From Eledone cirrhosa (lineage: Eukaryota): DNA of 64,000 nt. Shown here piece by piece: positions 1-12,018 of the stretch. The stretch lies in assembly GCA_964016885.1 (NCBI GenBank), contig OZ024742.1, positions 175,832,001-175,896,000 of the forward strand, written 5' to 3'. The translations under genes were made by a program, and so were the position numbers. Numbering within the stretch: the stretch's first letter is position 1; the number at the start of each line of letters is the position of its first letter. The notes beneath the pieces are model-generated. The model had not been told where the DNA came from. It saw only the letters and a list, made by a program, of their open reading frames with translations, and searched no databases.

Positions 1-335
1 ATATAAATTAATCTGACAGTTTAAAGGTATATACAATAGCATTGGTAGTAAATTTAAGCATATCATATATATATATATATATATATATGGTTAGAGGTAA
101 CAGAAACCATCATACAACATCATTGGATTAAGGGGTGTATTCAGGCCTGAGGTAGTGGGGGGCCTGTTCGAAAAATATATTGTCCCCATCTCATACTGCA
201 AAAACTGGGAATGGGCCTATCTGAGAGATGTGAGATGGACGCACAAAGATTGTTTACCATGAGATGACTAACATGTGGGTTCGGAGCAAACCAGAATCAT
301 TGGAATCTGGAACATATATACATATATATATATAT

Positions 336-860
336 AGCGGTGATGAATTAGTTTTGCGAGCTTTTTTATATGAAATCGTGTGTCGAAATAAATATTGTTA
401 TACTTGGGGAGGGTCATATTTGTGTAATATTGCCAGAATTAATAACAGAACACACTCACTGTTTGGTTGGTTTTCGCTTCTCGCTTCTGTGTCTTTTATA
501 TCGGTAATCTAATTTATTCGGTCCTCAATGTTGCCATTGACTGACCGACGGTCAAAAATAATACAGATACAATATAGACACAAACACATATATATAGTTT
601 ATCATAAATCTTTCGTTGCACATCTGCAACATCGTCAGTGGTGCTATCTTTTCCTCCTGTTGTATTGTATTGTGTCTATATTGTGTCTGTATTATTTTTG
701 ACTGTCGGTCAGTCAATGGCAACATTGAGGACCGAGTAAGTTAGATTACCGATATAAAAGACACAGAAGCGAGAAGCGAAAACAAACCAAACAGTAAGTG
801 TGTTCTGTTATTAATTCTGGCAATATTACACAAATATGACCCTCCCCAAGTATAACAATA
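336..860 (-). mobile_element. Non-coding fold-back insert (PLE pseudo-LTR-like, family A copy 1) in (TA)n
   Basis: ~190-bp inverted arms (~393-582 and ~670-860) around a spacer with an HHR core; flanked by (TA)n; terminus TATTGTTATACTT(G/T)GGGAGGGTCAT is shared with the 3' end of the PLE at 36016. Confidence 0.75.
600..643 (-). ncRNA. Minimal type I hammerhead ribozyme motif (degenerate helix I)
   Basis: Minus strand: cacca CTGACGA t gttgca-gatg-tgcaac GAAA gatt TA tgata; perfect 6-bp helix II, but only ~2 bp of helix I. Confidence 0.55.
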
Positions 861-879
861 TATATATATATATATTATA

Positions 880-982
880 TAAAGGACGTCCCTCAAAAAT
901 GTTTACACACTTCAACAGCATTCTTATAAATATTGCATGTACAGGTAATCAAAGTATGTATACATTTTTTGTGACACCCTGT
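880..982. mobile_element. Degenerate Tc1/mariner-derived MITE
   Basis: Imperfect ~30-bp TIRs (aaggacgtccctcaaaaatgtttacacactt / aagtatgtatacatttttttgtgacaccctg) in a TA context. Confidence 0.45.
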
Positions 983-1683
983 GTATATATATATAATTAT
1001 GCACACGAGAATAATGTTAACAAGGAAGTAAATATTTACATATTGAACACTTTTTTTACCTTAAAACTTATGGAAAATTTCAAGTTTAGCTTGTTGATTT
1101 AACATGTTATTAATTTAGTTAACAAAACAAAAATAGTTCTAATCATTACCTTTTATAAAAATAAAACAAAATTCTTCTCTTCAAATAAGTTTGTCAGACA
1201 TAGTTGTTCATTTAAAACTGGCTGTTCACAATGTACTGTAATTTGGTCTGGCAGAAATAGACAATTAAATTATTCCAATTTGAATTGATTTTATCTTTCT
1301 TGCGAGAACATGTAGTCTGCTTACGCTCCCCCTATCCCCACAATGCCAGTATCTGTTAAAATCAAAGTTTATTCTCTATTAGCAGCATTTGATGACAATA
1401 TTTTTTTTAAAAAAAGAAAAAAATTTTAAATCTGCTCATTAGATTGTGCAGACTAATTCTTAACTTATTTTCTGCTGCTTTCACTACAAGATATATCCAC
1501 AAACATTTTGCAATATTCTTGTACTGGTTTCAGTCATTAGACTATGAAGGAATCTAGTCAAACACAGTACTTATTTTCCACAAATCTGGTATTTATTTTA
1601 TCAATCTCTTTTTGTTGAACAGCTAAGTCATGAGTATAATAAACAGTAAAAAATAGTAATAGTAAACACAGACACACACACAC

Positions 1684-2105
1684 AATCATCATCATCATCA
1701 TCGTTTTACGTCCATTCTTCCATGCTAGCATGGGTTAGATGGGTTGTTCTGTTGTGGGCAATCCCAGGTCAAGTGACCATGTCTTGCTCATACGGAAGTG
1801 ATTTTGGCTTGATTTCTACAACTGGATGCCCTTCCTAACACCAATCTCATTTACAGTGAATACTGGATGCTTTTTTTACCATGGCACCTACATGATCACT
1901 TTACAGTGCCAACTGGGTGATTATTTTTGTGACACCTACATGACCACTTTACAGGGGAGAGGGGGGTAACATACTGTCTACATATTTCAGATTCGGCTTG
2001 TACCTGTGGGAAGTCGGGTCTTCTGCATTACTGTGTAATGATAGAGGTGTCGGTCCTGTGTCATCACCTTTAAGAGATGCAATTGGGTAAGGTCAGCTTT
2101 TAGTG
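1684..2105 (-). mobile_element. RTE-type LINE 3' end / tail-sharing repeat with (CAT)n tail
   Basis: (CAT)n + gttttacgtcc...catgctagcatgggttag...ggatgcccttcctaacacc; same tail as the RTE ORF ends at 53.5-54.5 kb. Confidence 0.7.
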
Positions 2106-3544
2106 CACTTATACAGTTTTTGTCTACCAAACTTTACTCCTCACAACCCAAAGCTATATCAAAAGGCACTCGCCCAATGTGTCATGCTATGGGACTGAAT
2201 CTAAAACCAGGTGGTTGCAAAGCAAACTTCTTAACTGCACACTCTATAAAGATTTCACTTCTAGATATATCTTTATAAAACTATGCATGTGTATGTGATA
2301 TGAAAGTGTATGTGTGTATATGTATATATATATATACATGTATGCATGTGTATGTATATGTGTGCCGACATAGAAATAATCAGTCTGGATACCTGATCGT
2401 GTTGTTAAACCATTGGGAGTGAAGGACCCCTAGCCTTTGTCTAGGCATTCTTCTAGAAGAAGATAACTCAGGAAACTGGGATAACTCCAGCATAAAACCT
2501 GCAGCTAAGTAGTTACCGATGATGTTGATCTTTTCTTCTTTTCGGATTATAGCTTACTGTCGCTCAGATAGTGGGATTGGTTCAGTGCACAGTCTTTCAT
2601 CACTTTAAAAAAAATCTTCATGCACAGGCATTGCTCGATAGCATTAATTGAGAATTATTAATAATATTGTGCAATAGCCATACTCGATAATGAAGGGGCT
2701 GCCATCATGTGTATAATAGAGCAGAAGTTGAATATCTTTAAGTGATGTTCCCAACACCAGCTTAATAATGGGAAACTTTGATATATTAAGGAATCCCTCC
2801 AAATTCTTGATTATTTTCAAAATCATTTGAGCATTATAGGCAATATATTTCAGTAGAAATATAGTAACAAAAAGGTTACTGCTTTATTCATATTCACTAT
2901 ATAAATATTGAAGAGAAAAAGAAAAAGAAAGAAATCCATTAATGATGGTTTACCCAATGCTATCTTTAATCTAGTAGACAATATATGAAAAGAATTTCAG
3001 CCATGAAAATCTTATCTGTTATATATAATGTATTTAGGCTTACATTTCTCAATATATCATTTTCTTTAATACATGTGTATGATTTAGTAAAAACTTTCAC
3101 TGCTGCTTCAATGAGGTCTGAAACCATGAAGAGGTTTCTGCCATCTCTGATCCAATAGTACCATTGTAATATATAAAAGTCCTGAACACTCATTAGCCAC
3201 TGAGAAAACAGGCATGCATCAAGGTAAGACTACTGGAAGAAAAATGATGCCTGATACACAAATATGTAAGGGATAGACTAACTCTATGGCTGATGCACAG
3301 ATATGCATGGGATAGACTAACTATGTGAGGGTAAGAGAATGCATATCAATGGAGAAATCTTTATGGCATATAAGATAACAGTGCTGGATTTTATTTTCAT
3401 TTTTTACCTGATATGTATTCAGTTCATAATTTTCTTCAGAGTGTTCTTTTCCCTATTACATGGTGGTATTTCAGAACAGTGTAATTCTTTATGATGTTCA
3501 TTAACTCTTTCTTCAACATATTTTATAAGTCTTCAACATATATT

Positions 3545-3708
3545 GTAAATGTGGTTGGTATTAGGAAGGGCATCCAGCCGTAGAAAACCTGCCAGATAGT
3601 CCTATACGAGCGAGACACTGTCACCCGACCAATCTCGCCTCAAATGGGAAAATTCTCGTCTAACCCATGCTAGCGTGGAAGATAGACGTTAAACGGTGAT
3701 GATGATTA
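3545..3708 (+). mobile_element. RTE-type 3' tail repeat
   Basis: ggaagggcatccagccgtagaaaacc...aacccatgctagcgtggaagatagacgttaaacg(gat)n. Confidence 0.7.
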
Positions 3709-3872
3709 TGAATAAATGTATGAAAAATAACTATTTATATGGACAAATGTACAGTTAGAAGTTAGGTCCTTGTGATTCGAAATTAAACAACTTATTTCAG
3801 CACTATGTCTGAAATAGGAAATGCATTGTGTGTATGAGTGTGTGTATATTTAAAGTTTTATATATATATATA

Positions 3873-4286
3873 TATTGTTATACTTGGGGAGGGTCATATT
3901 TGTGTAATATTGCCAGAATTAATAACAGAACACACTCACTGTTTGGTTGGTTTTCGCTTCTCGCTGTCTTTTATATCTGTAATCTAACTTACTCGGTTCT
4001 CAATGTTGCAATTGACTGACCGACGGTCAAAAATAATACAGATATAATATAGACACAAACACATATATATAGTTTACATAATTTACATAAATCTTTCGTT
4101 GCACATCTGCAACATCGTCAGTGGTGTTATATTTTCCTCCTGTTGTGTTGTATGTCTACGCCATTTTTTATTCAGTCTCAGTGAGTGTGTTCTGTTATTA
4201 ATTCTGGCAATATTACACAAATATGACCCTCCCCAAGTATAACAATATTTGTTTCGACACACGATTTCATATAAAAAACCTCGCTA

Positions 4287-4290
<4 letters not shown>
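3873..4290 (-). mobile_element. Family A fold-back insert copy 2
   Basis: Near-identical to 393-665, with a shorter inverted arm (~4180-4248); (TA)n on both sides; a further decayed piece lies at ~4500-4636. Confidence 0.75.
4083..4126 (-). ncRNA. Minimal hammerhead motif (family A copy 2)
   Basis: Same CTGACGA-gttgca/tgcaac-GAAA core as 600-643. Confidence 0.5.
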
Positions 4291-4381
<91 letters not shown>

Positions 4382-4649
4382 ATAAGTAAACATTACAATT
4401 CAATACGAGGAAATATATTTGTATCACTAATTATGTCACAGGTGTGTAATGAAAGAACTCTGGGAGACTATATATATATTTATATCCATACTTTTAACTG
4501 TTGATAAACATTTATTGCTAGCTAAATTAATTATAAGGATATACGGAAGCAAAAACCAACCCAAACAATAAGTGTGTTTTATTATATATTTCTGGCAGTA
4601 TCATAACAACATGAACCTCCCCACATATAACAATATATAATATATACAT

Positions 4650-5232
4650 ATCATCATCATTTTACGTCCCCTTTTCCCTGCTTGCAAGGGTTGGACGGGT
4701 CCTATTCAGCACAGCATCTCTCCACTTGTCACGGTCCTTCGTCATCTCCACTGTGAGTTTCAGCAATCTGAGGTCTGCTCTCACCAACAACTCCGCCCAT
4801 GTTTTTTGTGGTCTACCTCTACTACATCTTCCTTCTACAGGGATTTCTTGGTACTTCTTTACCCAGCGGTCATATATACATATATATACTTACATATATA
4901 TGTATATTTGTATATATATACATGTATATATATGTAAATATACATATATATATACATATATATATATCATCATCATCATCACCGTTCTTCCACACTAGCA
5001 TGGGTTAGATGGATTGTCATGTTGTGGGCAGTGTCCGGACGGTTGACTTTGTCTTGCTCATACGGGAACTGATTTTGGCTTGATTTCTACAGCTGGATGC
5101 ACTTCCTAACACCAACCTCATTTACAGTGAGTGGTGGGGCTTTTATTCAGTGGTGCCTACACATCCACTTTACAGTGTGGGCTGGGTGCTTTTTAGGCAT
5201 GGCACCTCCACGACCACTTTGCAGTGGAATGA
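4650..5232 (-). mobile_element. Two RTE-type 3' fragments with (CAT)n tails
   Basis: (CAT)n tails at ~4650 and ~4967 followed by the conserved RTE 3' sequences seen again at 55990-56156, 58440-58795 and 35578-35865. Confidence 0.65.
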
Positions 5233-5239
5233 TAGGGAC

Positions 5240-5390
5240 CCCAGTCCTATCATCTCATTTCTACAGCTGAGTAAACTGGAGCATGTGAAATAAAGTGTCT
5301 TGATCAAGGAAACAACACATCACCCGCTCCGTGAATTAAACTCACAACCTTTCGATTGCAAGCCAAATGCTGTAACCACTAAGCCTTCAT
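5240..5390 (-). mobile_element. tRNA-derived SINE (CORE-like body)
   Basis: Minus strand: ggcttagtggtta (A box)...gtgagtttaattc (B box)...gtgttgtttccttgatcaagacacttt...ctcagctgtagaaatgag. Confidence 0.6.
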
Positions 5391-5391
5391 A

Positions 5392-5466
<75 letters not shown>

Positions 5467-5911
5467 TATATAAATATATATATATTTATACAGATATATA
5501 CATATATATAAATATATATATATACACACATATATACATATATATAAATATATATATATATACATATATATACATATATATACATTTATATTTAAATATA
5601 TATAAATATATATATATACACATATATATACATATATATAAATATATATATATATATACATATATATACATTTATATTTAAATATATATAAATATATATA
5701 TATATACATATTGATATACATATATATATACATATATATAAATATATATATATACATATATATATACATATATATACATATACATATATATAAATATATA
5801 TATACATATATATATACATATATATAAATATACATATATATAAATATATATATACATATATATATACATATATATAAATATGTATATACATATATATATA
5901 CATATATATAA

Positions 5912-5969
<58 letters not shown>
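5392..5969. repeat. Compound (TA)n/(TATACA)n microsatellite
   Basis: Direct reading; source of the YIYI pseudo-ORFs. Confidence 0.95.
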
Positions 5970-5978
<9 letters not shown>

Positions 5979-6023
5979 TAAACAAATAATGAATAAACAA
6001 TTCCTTATATTAAACAAAAAAAG

Positions 6024-6178
6024 TTCATTATTTAACGATCGTTTCTAGGATATATATGTGTTATAATTGGTATGCATATTCAACAGATCTATGTACAAAA
6101 TTATACAAAATTATACAAATTATCAAGATTAAACATACATACCAAACACATATATACGCCGTCTTCAGAAATAATGAA
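6024..6178 (-). ncRNA. Type I hammerhead ribozyme with extended helix II
   Basis: Minus strand: ttcattattt CTGAAGA [cggcg tatatatgtgtt...aacacatatata tccta] GAAA CGATCG TT aaataatgaa; 10-bp helix I, palindromic helix III, GUU site. Confidence 0.8.
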
Positions 6179-6321
6179 TTTCTGAAGACGGCGTATATAT
6201 GTGTTTGGTATGTATGTTTAATCTTGATAATTTGTATAATTTTGTATAATTTTGTACATAGATCTGTTGAATATGCATACCAATTATAACACATATATAT
6301 CCTAGAAACGATCGTTAAATA
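6178..6321 (+). ncRNA. Mirror hammerhead copy (helix I cut to 4 bp)
   Basis: attt CTGAAGA ... GAAA CGATCG TT aaat. Confidence 0.65.
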
Positions 6322-6514
6322 ATGAACTTTTTTTGTTTAATATAAGGAATTGTTTATTCATTATTTGTTTAATATTTTATCTTGACTCTGTATACCGTTT
6401 ATCTTTCACCGAAAGTGGTTTTTCATTACATCTCTTCTTTCCATGATATCCGGAATACATTGAGTTCTTCATACGGATTGGACACTACCGTAAACTCTTG
6501 GTAGATTTATCTAC

Positions 6515-6545
<31 letters not shown>

Positions 6546-6816
6546 GTTCAAGAGTAACCAATCTTAAAGAGAGAGATGGAGATAGTAGACGAGATATGAG
6601 AGGAGAGATTGGTGAGTTAGTTAGAAGCCAAAGCGTAAAGGCATGTTCTCAATGTGCAATATGCAGTAGAAAACAGCTAGGTGGCTGGGTTCATGCAGAG
6701 GTTAGGTGCGCAGAGTGGAAATATTCATTAGTTAAGCAAAACAAGACCACAAACTTCACAAGGAAGACATTGAACTGTCTATACTTGAGCTCCCGTATTT
6801 ACTGTTAGAAGTCACC

Positions 6817-9127
6817 ATGTTGAGCAAACAGGAACTCAGAATCTCACTTAAGTCCATACCTATCCCGGACAGAAAGACATACCTCAAACTCCTAATACAG
6901 AGTGTCAACTCCTTCATCCGAAGAATAAGATGGAAAGCGTACCACTTTGACCGTGCAGTTGCTACTGACGCCGGAAGTACAGCAAATAGATATGGATTTG
7001 CCACATGCAAGAACCCCCCACACAACATCCTGCTGGACCCTTTTGAGAAAGATCTATTCAACTTCGTCAGGAGCATTAAGTTCAAAAAGCATTATAGACA
7101 CAGGAATAACTTCCTCACTACATTAGCAACAACTATAACAAAATTTAAAGATAGCAACCTCTTACATGTTATGTCTGACAAAACCAAAAATCTATACACC
7201 ATGACTCCTGAAACTTACAACTCTTTCCTTCTTAAAGAACTCAATAAAAACTATAAAAATCTACACCCTCCAGTGTAAACGTACTTAACCGAAAAGCCCA
7301 GGCTTTGGTTAAGGACTTGCATCTGGATAGATTTACCCACCCTTATGTACCAACAACCCCAAGGTTCTCTCTCAAGGATCACAAGCCAAACTTTATAGAG
7401 AACCCACCCATTAGACTCATAAGCCCAACCACATCTGACCTCGGCCGCATCAGTAAGAACATCCTTGATAGGATAATCCCTGGGCTACGGGATGATACCA
7501 CCTACAAGTTGTAGTCCAACACCGGCCAAGTCATCAGATGGTTCTCCGATCTAAGGTCCAAGCAATCTATGAAGTTCATCCAATTTGACATAGACAGCTA
7601 TTACACGTCAATAACCCCGGAACTGCTCAACAAAGCACTAGCCCTAGCCACCACCAACTGGGACATAACCAATAATGAGATTAACATCATACTTATGGCT
7701 AGGCAGACTATCATTGAATTCAACGGAGCACTCTGGACTAGAAAAGATAGAACAGACAACTTTGACATTACGATGGGCTCAAGTGACTCCGCGCAAATCA
7801 CCGATTTAGTTAGGATTTACCTATTCCGTAACATCAGAGCCGAAATCCAACCCATGCAAGGCGGAATATACAGGGACGACGTCCTGTTAGCGGTCCACAA
7901 TTGCACTAATCGGGGAATCGATTTGCTAAACAAACAATTACATAGATTCTTCAAACATAACGGTCTCTCTATCACCATCGAGCTGAACCATAAAGTAGTA
8001 AACTTCCTAGACGTCACCCTTGATCTCAACAATAACCTTTATAGCCCTTACCATAAACCAGGTGAAATACTCATATATATATTAGCCCACACTCTAACCA
8101 CCCACCGGCAGTCATCAGAGCAGTAATCAAATCTATCTCCTATAGGATCTCAATACTATCAGCAAATGAGTAGATATTTATAAACCACGCACAATTATAA
8201 TAAGGCTCTCTCTGAATCTGGTTATAAAGAATCAATTTATTACATACCTAAATGCCATAACACAGCAACTCACCATAATAAACTTAACACTAGAACTAGA
8301 AATACCTTAGCATATAGCCAGATTCGCCGGAATTTTAGCAGTAACAGCATCTATACAGGGAACTTTAATGGTGGCAGCGGCCTGCTCCCCACTCCAAGTA
8401 GCAAACTAAAAATCAACCCTAGAATAGGAATGAGAAAAGGGATGACAAATAACAAATCCCCAGGTAATAATAACCCTAGGAAGGCCCCTACCAACTCCAC
8501 TAGAACCCCTAGAAGGAATAGACCTAGAAATATCACCTGGCTCAACCCCCATTCTCATCTAATCTAGCCACTAATATCCCCAAACGCTTCTTCTCTATCC
8601 TATCCAAACACTTCTCCCCCCAACCATAGATATTACAAACTCTTTAATAAAAATAACATTAAAATCTCATTCTCCACAACACCTAACCTAGCTAGCCACA
8701 TCGCGTTCAGTAACCATCATAAGCTAAGACAGTATAACTCCCACACCGCGGTACCACCACGCCACTACAACAATAATTACTCTAGTAGCACACCTCCCCC
8801 ATCTAATCCTTCTAGCACGGACCTACCACTTAGGTTAAACAACCCTACTCTCACTAACCGCAGAAGAAACTGCAACTAACGTTACCCCAATGCATGCCCA
8901 TTAAATGGACACTGCTTGACAACGTTCAACACTCACTAAAATGGGATATCGTGGCTAGGGCCCAACCGTTCAATGGACGAAGAAAATCTTGTGATTTCTG
9001 TGTTACGGAAGCATATTACATAACTCTATCACGACCTCTACCGATTAACGATAGAACAGAGGTAACCATTAGCTGTCAACATCGAAGGGCTAATTCCTTC
9101 GCCAATAGAATTTTTGACACAACTTAG
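6817..9127 (+). pseudogene. Disrupted PLE reverse transcriptase + GIY-YIG ORF
   Basis: N-terminal SLKSIPIP...FIRRIRWKA; SDKT, KDHK, PIRLI, FDIDSYY, FDITMGS, GIYRDD, VNFLDV motifs; CN*..CP..C and C-terminal CxxC..E..CxH; frameshifts, stops and a deleted GIY-YIG core. Confidence 0.9.
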
Positions 9128-9502
9128 TCATGTAGCCCCATTTTTACTTGTAGCTAATAAGTTAAATTGCTCGATAATTATAATTTACCTCCCTTACATT
9201 GTCTCTCAATTAAAAAATTTAAAAACTAGCACTTAACTATAAACACTCACAATTTCTAATCTCCCGAGAAGTTACATCCCCTGAAACCACCCTCTAATTA
9301 GTAAGGTAAATATGCCCTTTGGCAGCCATCTTGTTACCCATAGGCAAATCTCACACAATGCAGCCTCGACAGATGAATACTGCTTGATTATGGCTGACAA
9401 CTGATGCAACCAAGACACCATAGTAAAACCAATATATGGAACATTATATTATGTAACATTATCCCATTATTTTAATTTATATTCCTTTGAAGTTCCGATA
9501 AG

Positions 9503-9614
9503 CCGTTCTATTTTTTTAGATATGTTAATTATTTTCAACTGAACCAGATCAATTATGATATATAGTCATCTGATCCAGAAATATTATATGGAGTAGCGAA
9601 ACAATTGTAAACGG
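9503..9614 (+). ncRNA. Degenerate hammerhead in Naiad 3' UTR
   Basis: GAAA CAATTG TA aacgg at 9598-9614 with complementary ccgtt at 9503-9507, but the CUGANGA box is corrupted (ctattttttt). Confidence 0.4.
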
Positions 9615-9639
9615 ACATTATTATTATTAATATTATTAT

Positions 9640-9830
9640 GGGCGGTGAATTGGCAGTATCGGTAGAGGGTCGGACGCCATGCTTTGACGCATAGAGTTAC
9701 GGCCCTTGCCATTCTGAGTTCAAATCCCACCGAGGTTAACTTTGCCTTTCATCCTTACGGGGTCGATAAAATAAAGTACCAGTAATGTACTGGGTGATTT
9801 CTGGCCTTGTGCCAATAGTAGAAACAATTA
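9640..9830 (+). mobile_element. tRNA-derived SINE (MetaSINE-like central domain)
   Basis: B box gagttcaaatccc; gcctttcatccttacggggtcgataaaataaagtaccag core; ~20-bp TSD attattattaatattattat; copies at 42925 and 43670. Confidence 0.8.
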
Positions 9831-9939
9831 TTATTAATATTATTATTAATATTCTCTACATTCCTTACATCAAACTAAAATATGTTGACAATCTTTTAAT
9901 AATGTCTTCCTTGTGAAGTTTGTGGTCTTGCTCCACTAA

Positions 9940-10009
<70 letters not shown>

Positions 10010-10503
10010 TATGTATATATACACGTGGTTTAACTTACCACCGTATCATTCACTTATTTGGTACAGAGCGAAATACCTGTTGATAACGTGATATTCCTTG
10101 TTCGATCGTTATACCCAAACCTTATATTTTTAAGATGACTGTATTTTGATTTAGGTGTCCCAGAGAATCTACATCGGATTTTAACAGCAATTCCGGGAGT
10201 CCAGGTCTGGGTATCATTTATTTGTTATCATTTATTTTGTTTTGACCTGTTTAGCTTGATTTGATTAATGGCTTGTTTGGTTAATGCCTTCTTGACCACC
10301 TTTTCAGTTATGTATGGCTTCTTAACACATTTTTTAGCTCTGGTTTTTAACTATTGAGCATTTTGCCAGTATCATTTCTGATTTTTGCGTTTCGCTTCGC
10401 TTTTCCTGCCCGTCGAAATGCGATTCGCGCTGAATCTTTATTTGTATATATAAATACATATATATATATACATATATATACATATATATAAATAGATATA
10501 TAT

Positions 10504-10576
<73 letters not shown>

Positions 10577-10580
<4 letters not shown>

Positions 10581-11983
10581 TTGGGCTTTGGTGTTGGTGT
10601 AGAGCAGTGATATGAGGTCCACTATCTTCTTGGGGCTTCCATATGCCCGTAAGATCTTCATCAGGCAGTGATGGTCCACAGAATCAAAAGGCTTCCTAAG
10701 GTCAATGTAAACCATGACCGCAGGAAGGCACTTTGCTCTAGCTCCCTCTAATATCCTCCTCAGCATCAGGATGTGACTGGTGGTTGATCTTCCCTCTCTG
10801 AAGCCGTTCTGGTTGTCATTGAAGTTCTTCTCCATCTCAGGCTGGATCCTGTTAAGAATCATCCTGTTGAGGGTCTTTGCCACAAGTGACGGCAGTGAGA
10901 TACGCTGTAGTTGTTGGTGTTAGATATCTCCCTTCTTTGTCACTGGGACGAAGTTACTGACTCTACACTGATTCGGGGCAACTCCTTTCTCCAGTGCCTG
11001 GTTACAGAACCCAACACCAAAGCCCAAGTCATTACACCTGATGGGATGACAGAGTTCTTTGTGATACTGGGTGGAGTGGTCCAGGGAGATACATTGGCTC
11101 CCTACCTTTTTATCATCGTAGTGGACTATTGTATGCGCCTTGCACTGGAGAAACACTAGGACACTAGCTTTACTGTAGCACCGGCTCAGAGCAGGAGAGT
11201 TAAGGGGAAAAGTTATCAGATGCTGAATTTGCCGACAACATAGTTTTGGTGACAAATACAGTGAAGGAGGCAGAGGATTTGATGCAGGAGGTTGAGACTG
11301 TGTCGATGAGTGTGGGGTTTAGAATGAATGAGACTAAAACAAAATATCTGGTAGAGAATGTTGAGAAGCCAGAGGGGATCACTAATGTATGCGGGAAGCC
11401 GCTAGAATTGGGTGAGGGCTTCCTGTATTTGGGAGTAAAGATTGGGAATACGGAAGATGATGTAATTGAGAGGAAGAGCAAGGCCTGGGCGGCGTGCCAC
11501 AGCCTGGGATCGTTGTGGAGTCAGACCTTCGTAAAGATCTGAAAATACGCATCTTCATTGCTGTAATGGAGTCTCTGTTGCTGTACAGATCTGAGACTTG
11601 GACACTGATCAAGAAACTCACTCAGATGGTGGATGGGTGCTACACGAGAATGCTGAGCGTGGCTCTGAACATTAATCAGTATACACTGAGGATGAAAGAC
11701 TCAGAGCTGTATGGGGGCTTCTCAAAAGTCAGTTCAAAAGTGACACAGAGGTGACTGAGGTTAGCTGGACATGCTCACTGACATCCAGAGTTGACATTGC
11801 ACATAGTGGTCCTGTGGGAGCCCCTACATGGACACACTGGAAGAAGAAGACCAAGGTTAACGTATGTTGATGCCCTAAGGACAGACACTGGTCTGTTGGA
11901 GATGCAGGACATGGCAGCGATGATGAGGGAGAGAGACCGCTGGAGAGAACTCGTCAATGGATCTCGGGAATTTTACCTGCCTT

Positions 11984-11986
<3 letters not shown>
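10577..11986 (+). mobile_element. 5'-inverted RTE/RTEX-like LINE RT fragment in (TA)n
   Basis: Minus segment 10581-11010 ([21 protein letters not shown]) joined to plus segment 11011-11985 (GVVQGDTLAP, FADN, FLYLG, LWEPLHG); 17-bp overlap ccaacaccaaagcccaa. Confidence 0.85.

Positions 11987-12014
<28 letters not shown>

Positions 12015-12018
<4 letters not shown>

Larger units (their letters stand above)
5970..6515. mobile_element. Perfect head-to-head palindromic PLE-end insert
   Basis: 203-bp arms 5970-6172 and 6178-6380 with a 5-nt spacer, a unique ~135-bp tail to 6515, and (TA)n flanks; each arm carries an HHR core. Confidence 0.8.
6543..9947 (+). mobile_element. Near full-length Naiad-type Penelope-like retroelement with inverted 5' segment
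   Basis: PLE ORF 6817-9127; 6543-6778 is inverted (ttgaactgt at both junctions); 6721-6771 is the reverse complement of the 3' terminus 9900-9947; (TA)n flanks. Confidence 0.85.

Noticed and set aside
130-192. Hairpin followed by GAAA...GTC
   Set aside because: No CUGANGA box
2966-3201. Possible minus-strand exon with AG/GT ends (also 1151-1352)
   Set aside because: No recognisable protein similarity; splice-like signals alone are insufficient
6056-6294. Two near-identical 77-aa ORFs on opposite strands
   Set aside because: By-product of the DNA palindrome
9128-9500. SECIS search in the Naiad 3' UTR
   Set aside because: ATGA..GA candidates (~9373-9406) lack a pairing helix by eye
10020-10445. 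TA-flanked unique island expected to hold an HHR
   Set aside because: No complete core, inverted arm or ORF found; left unclassified
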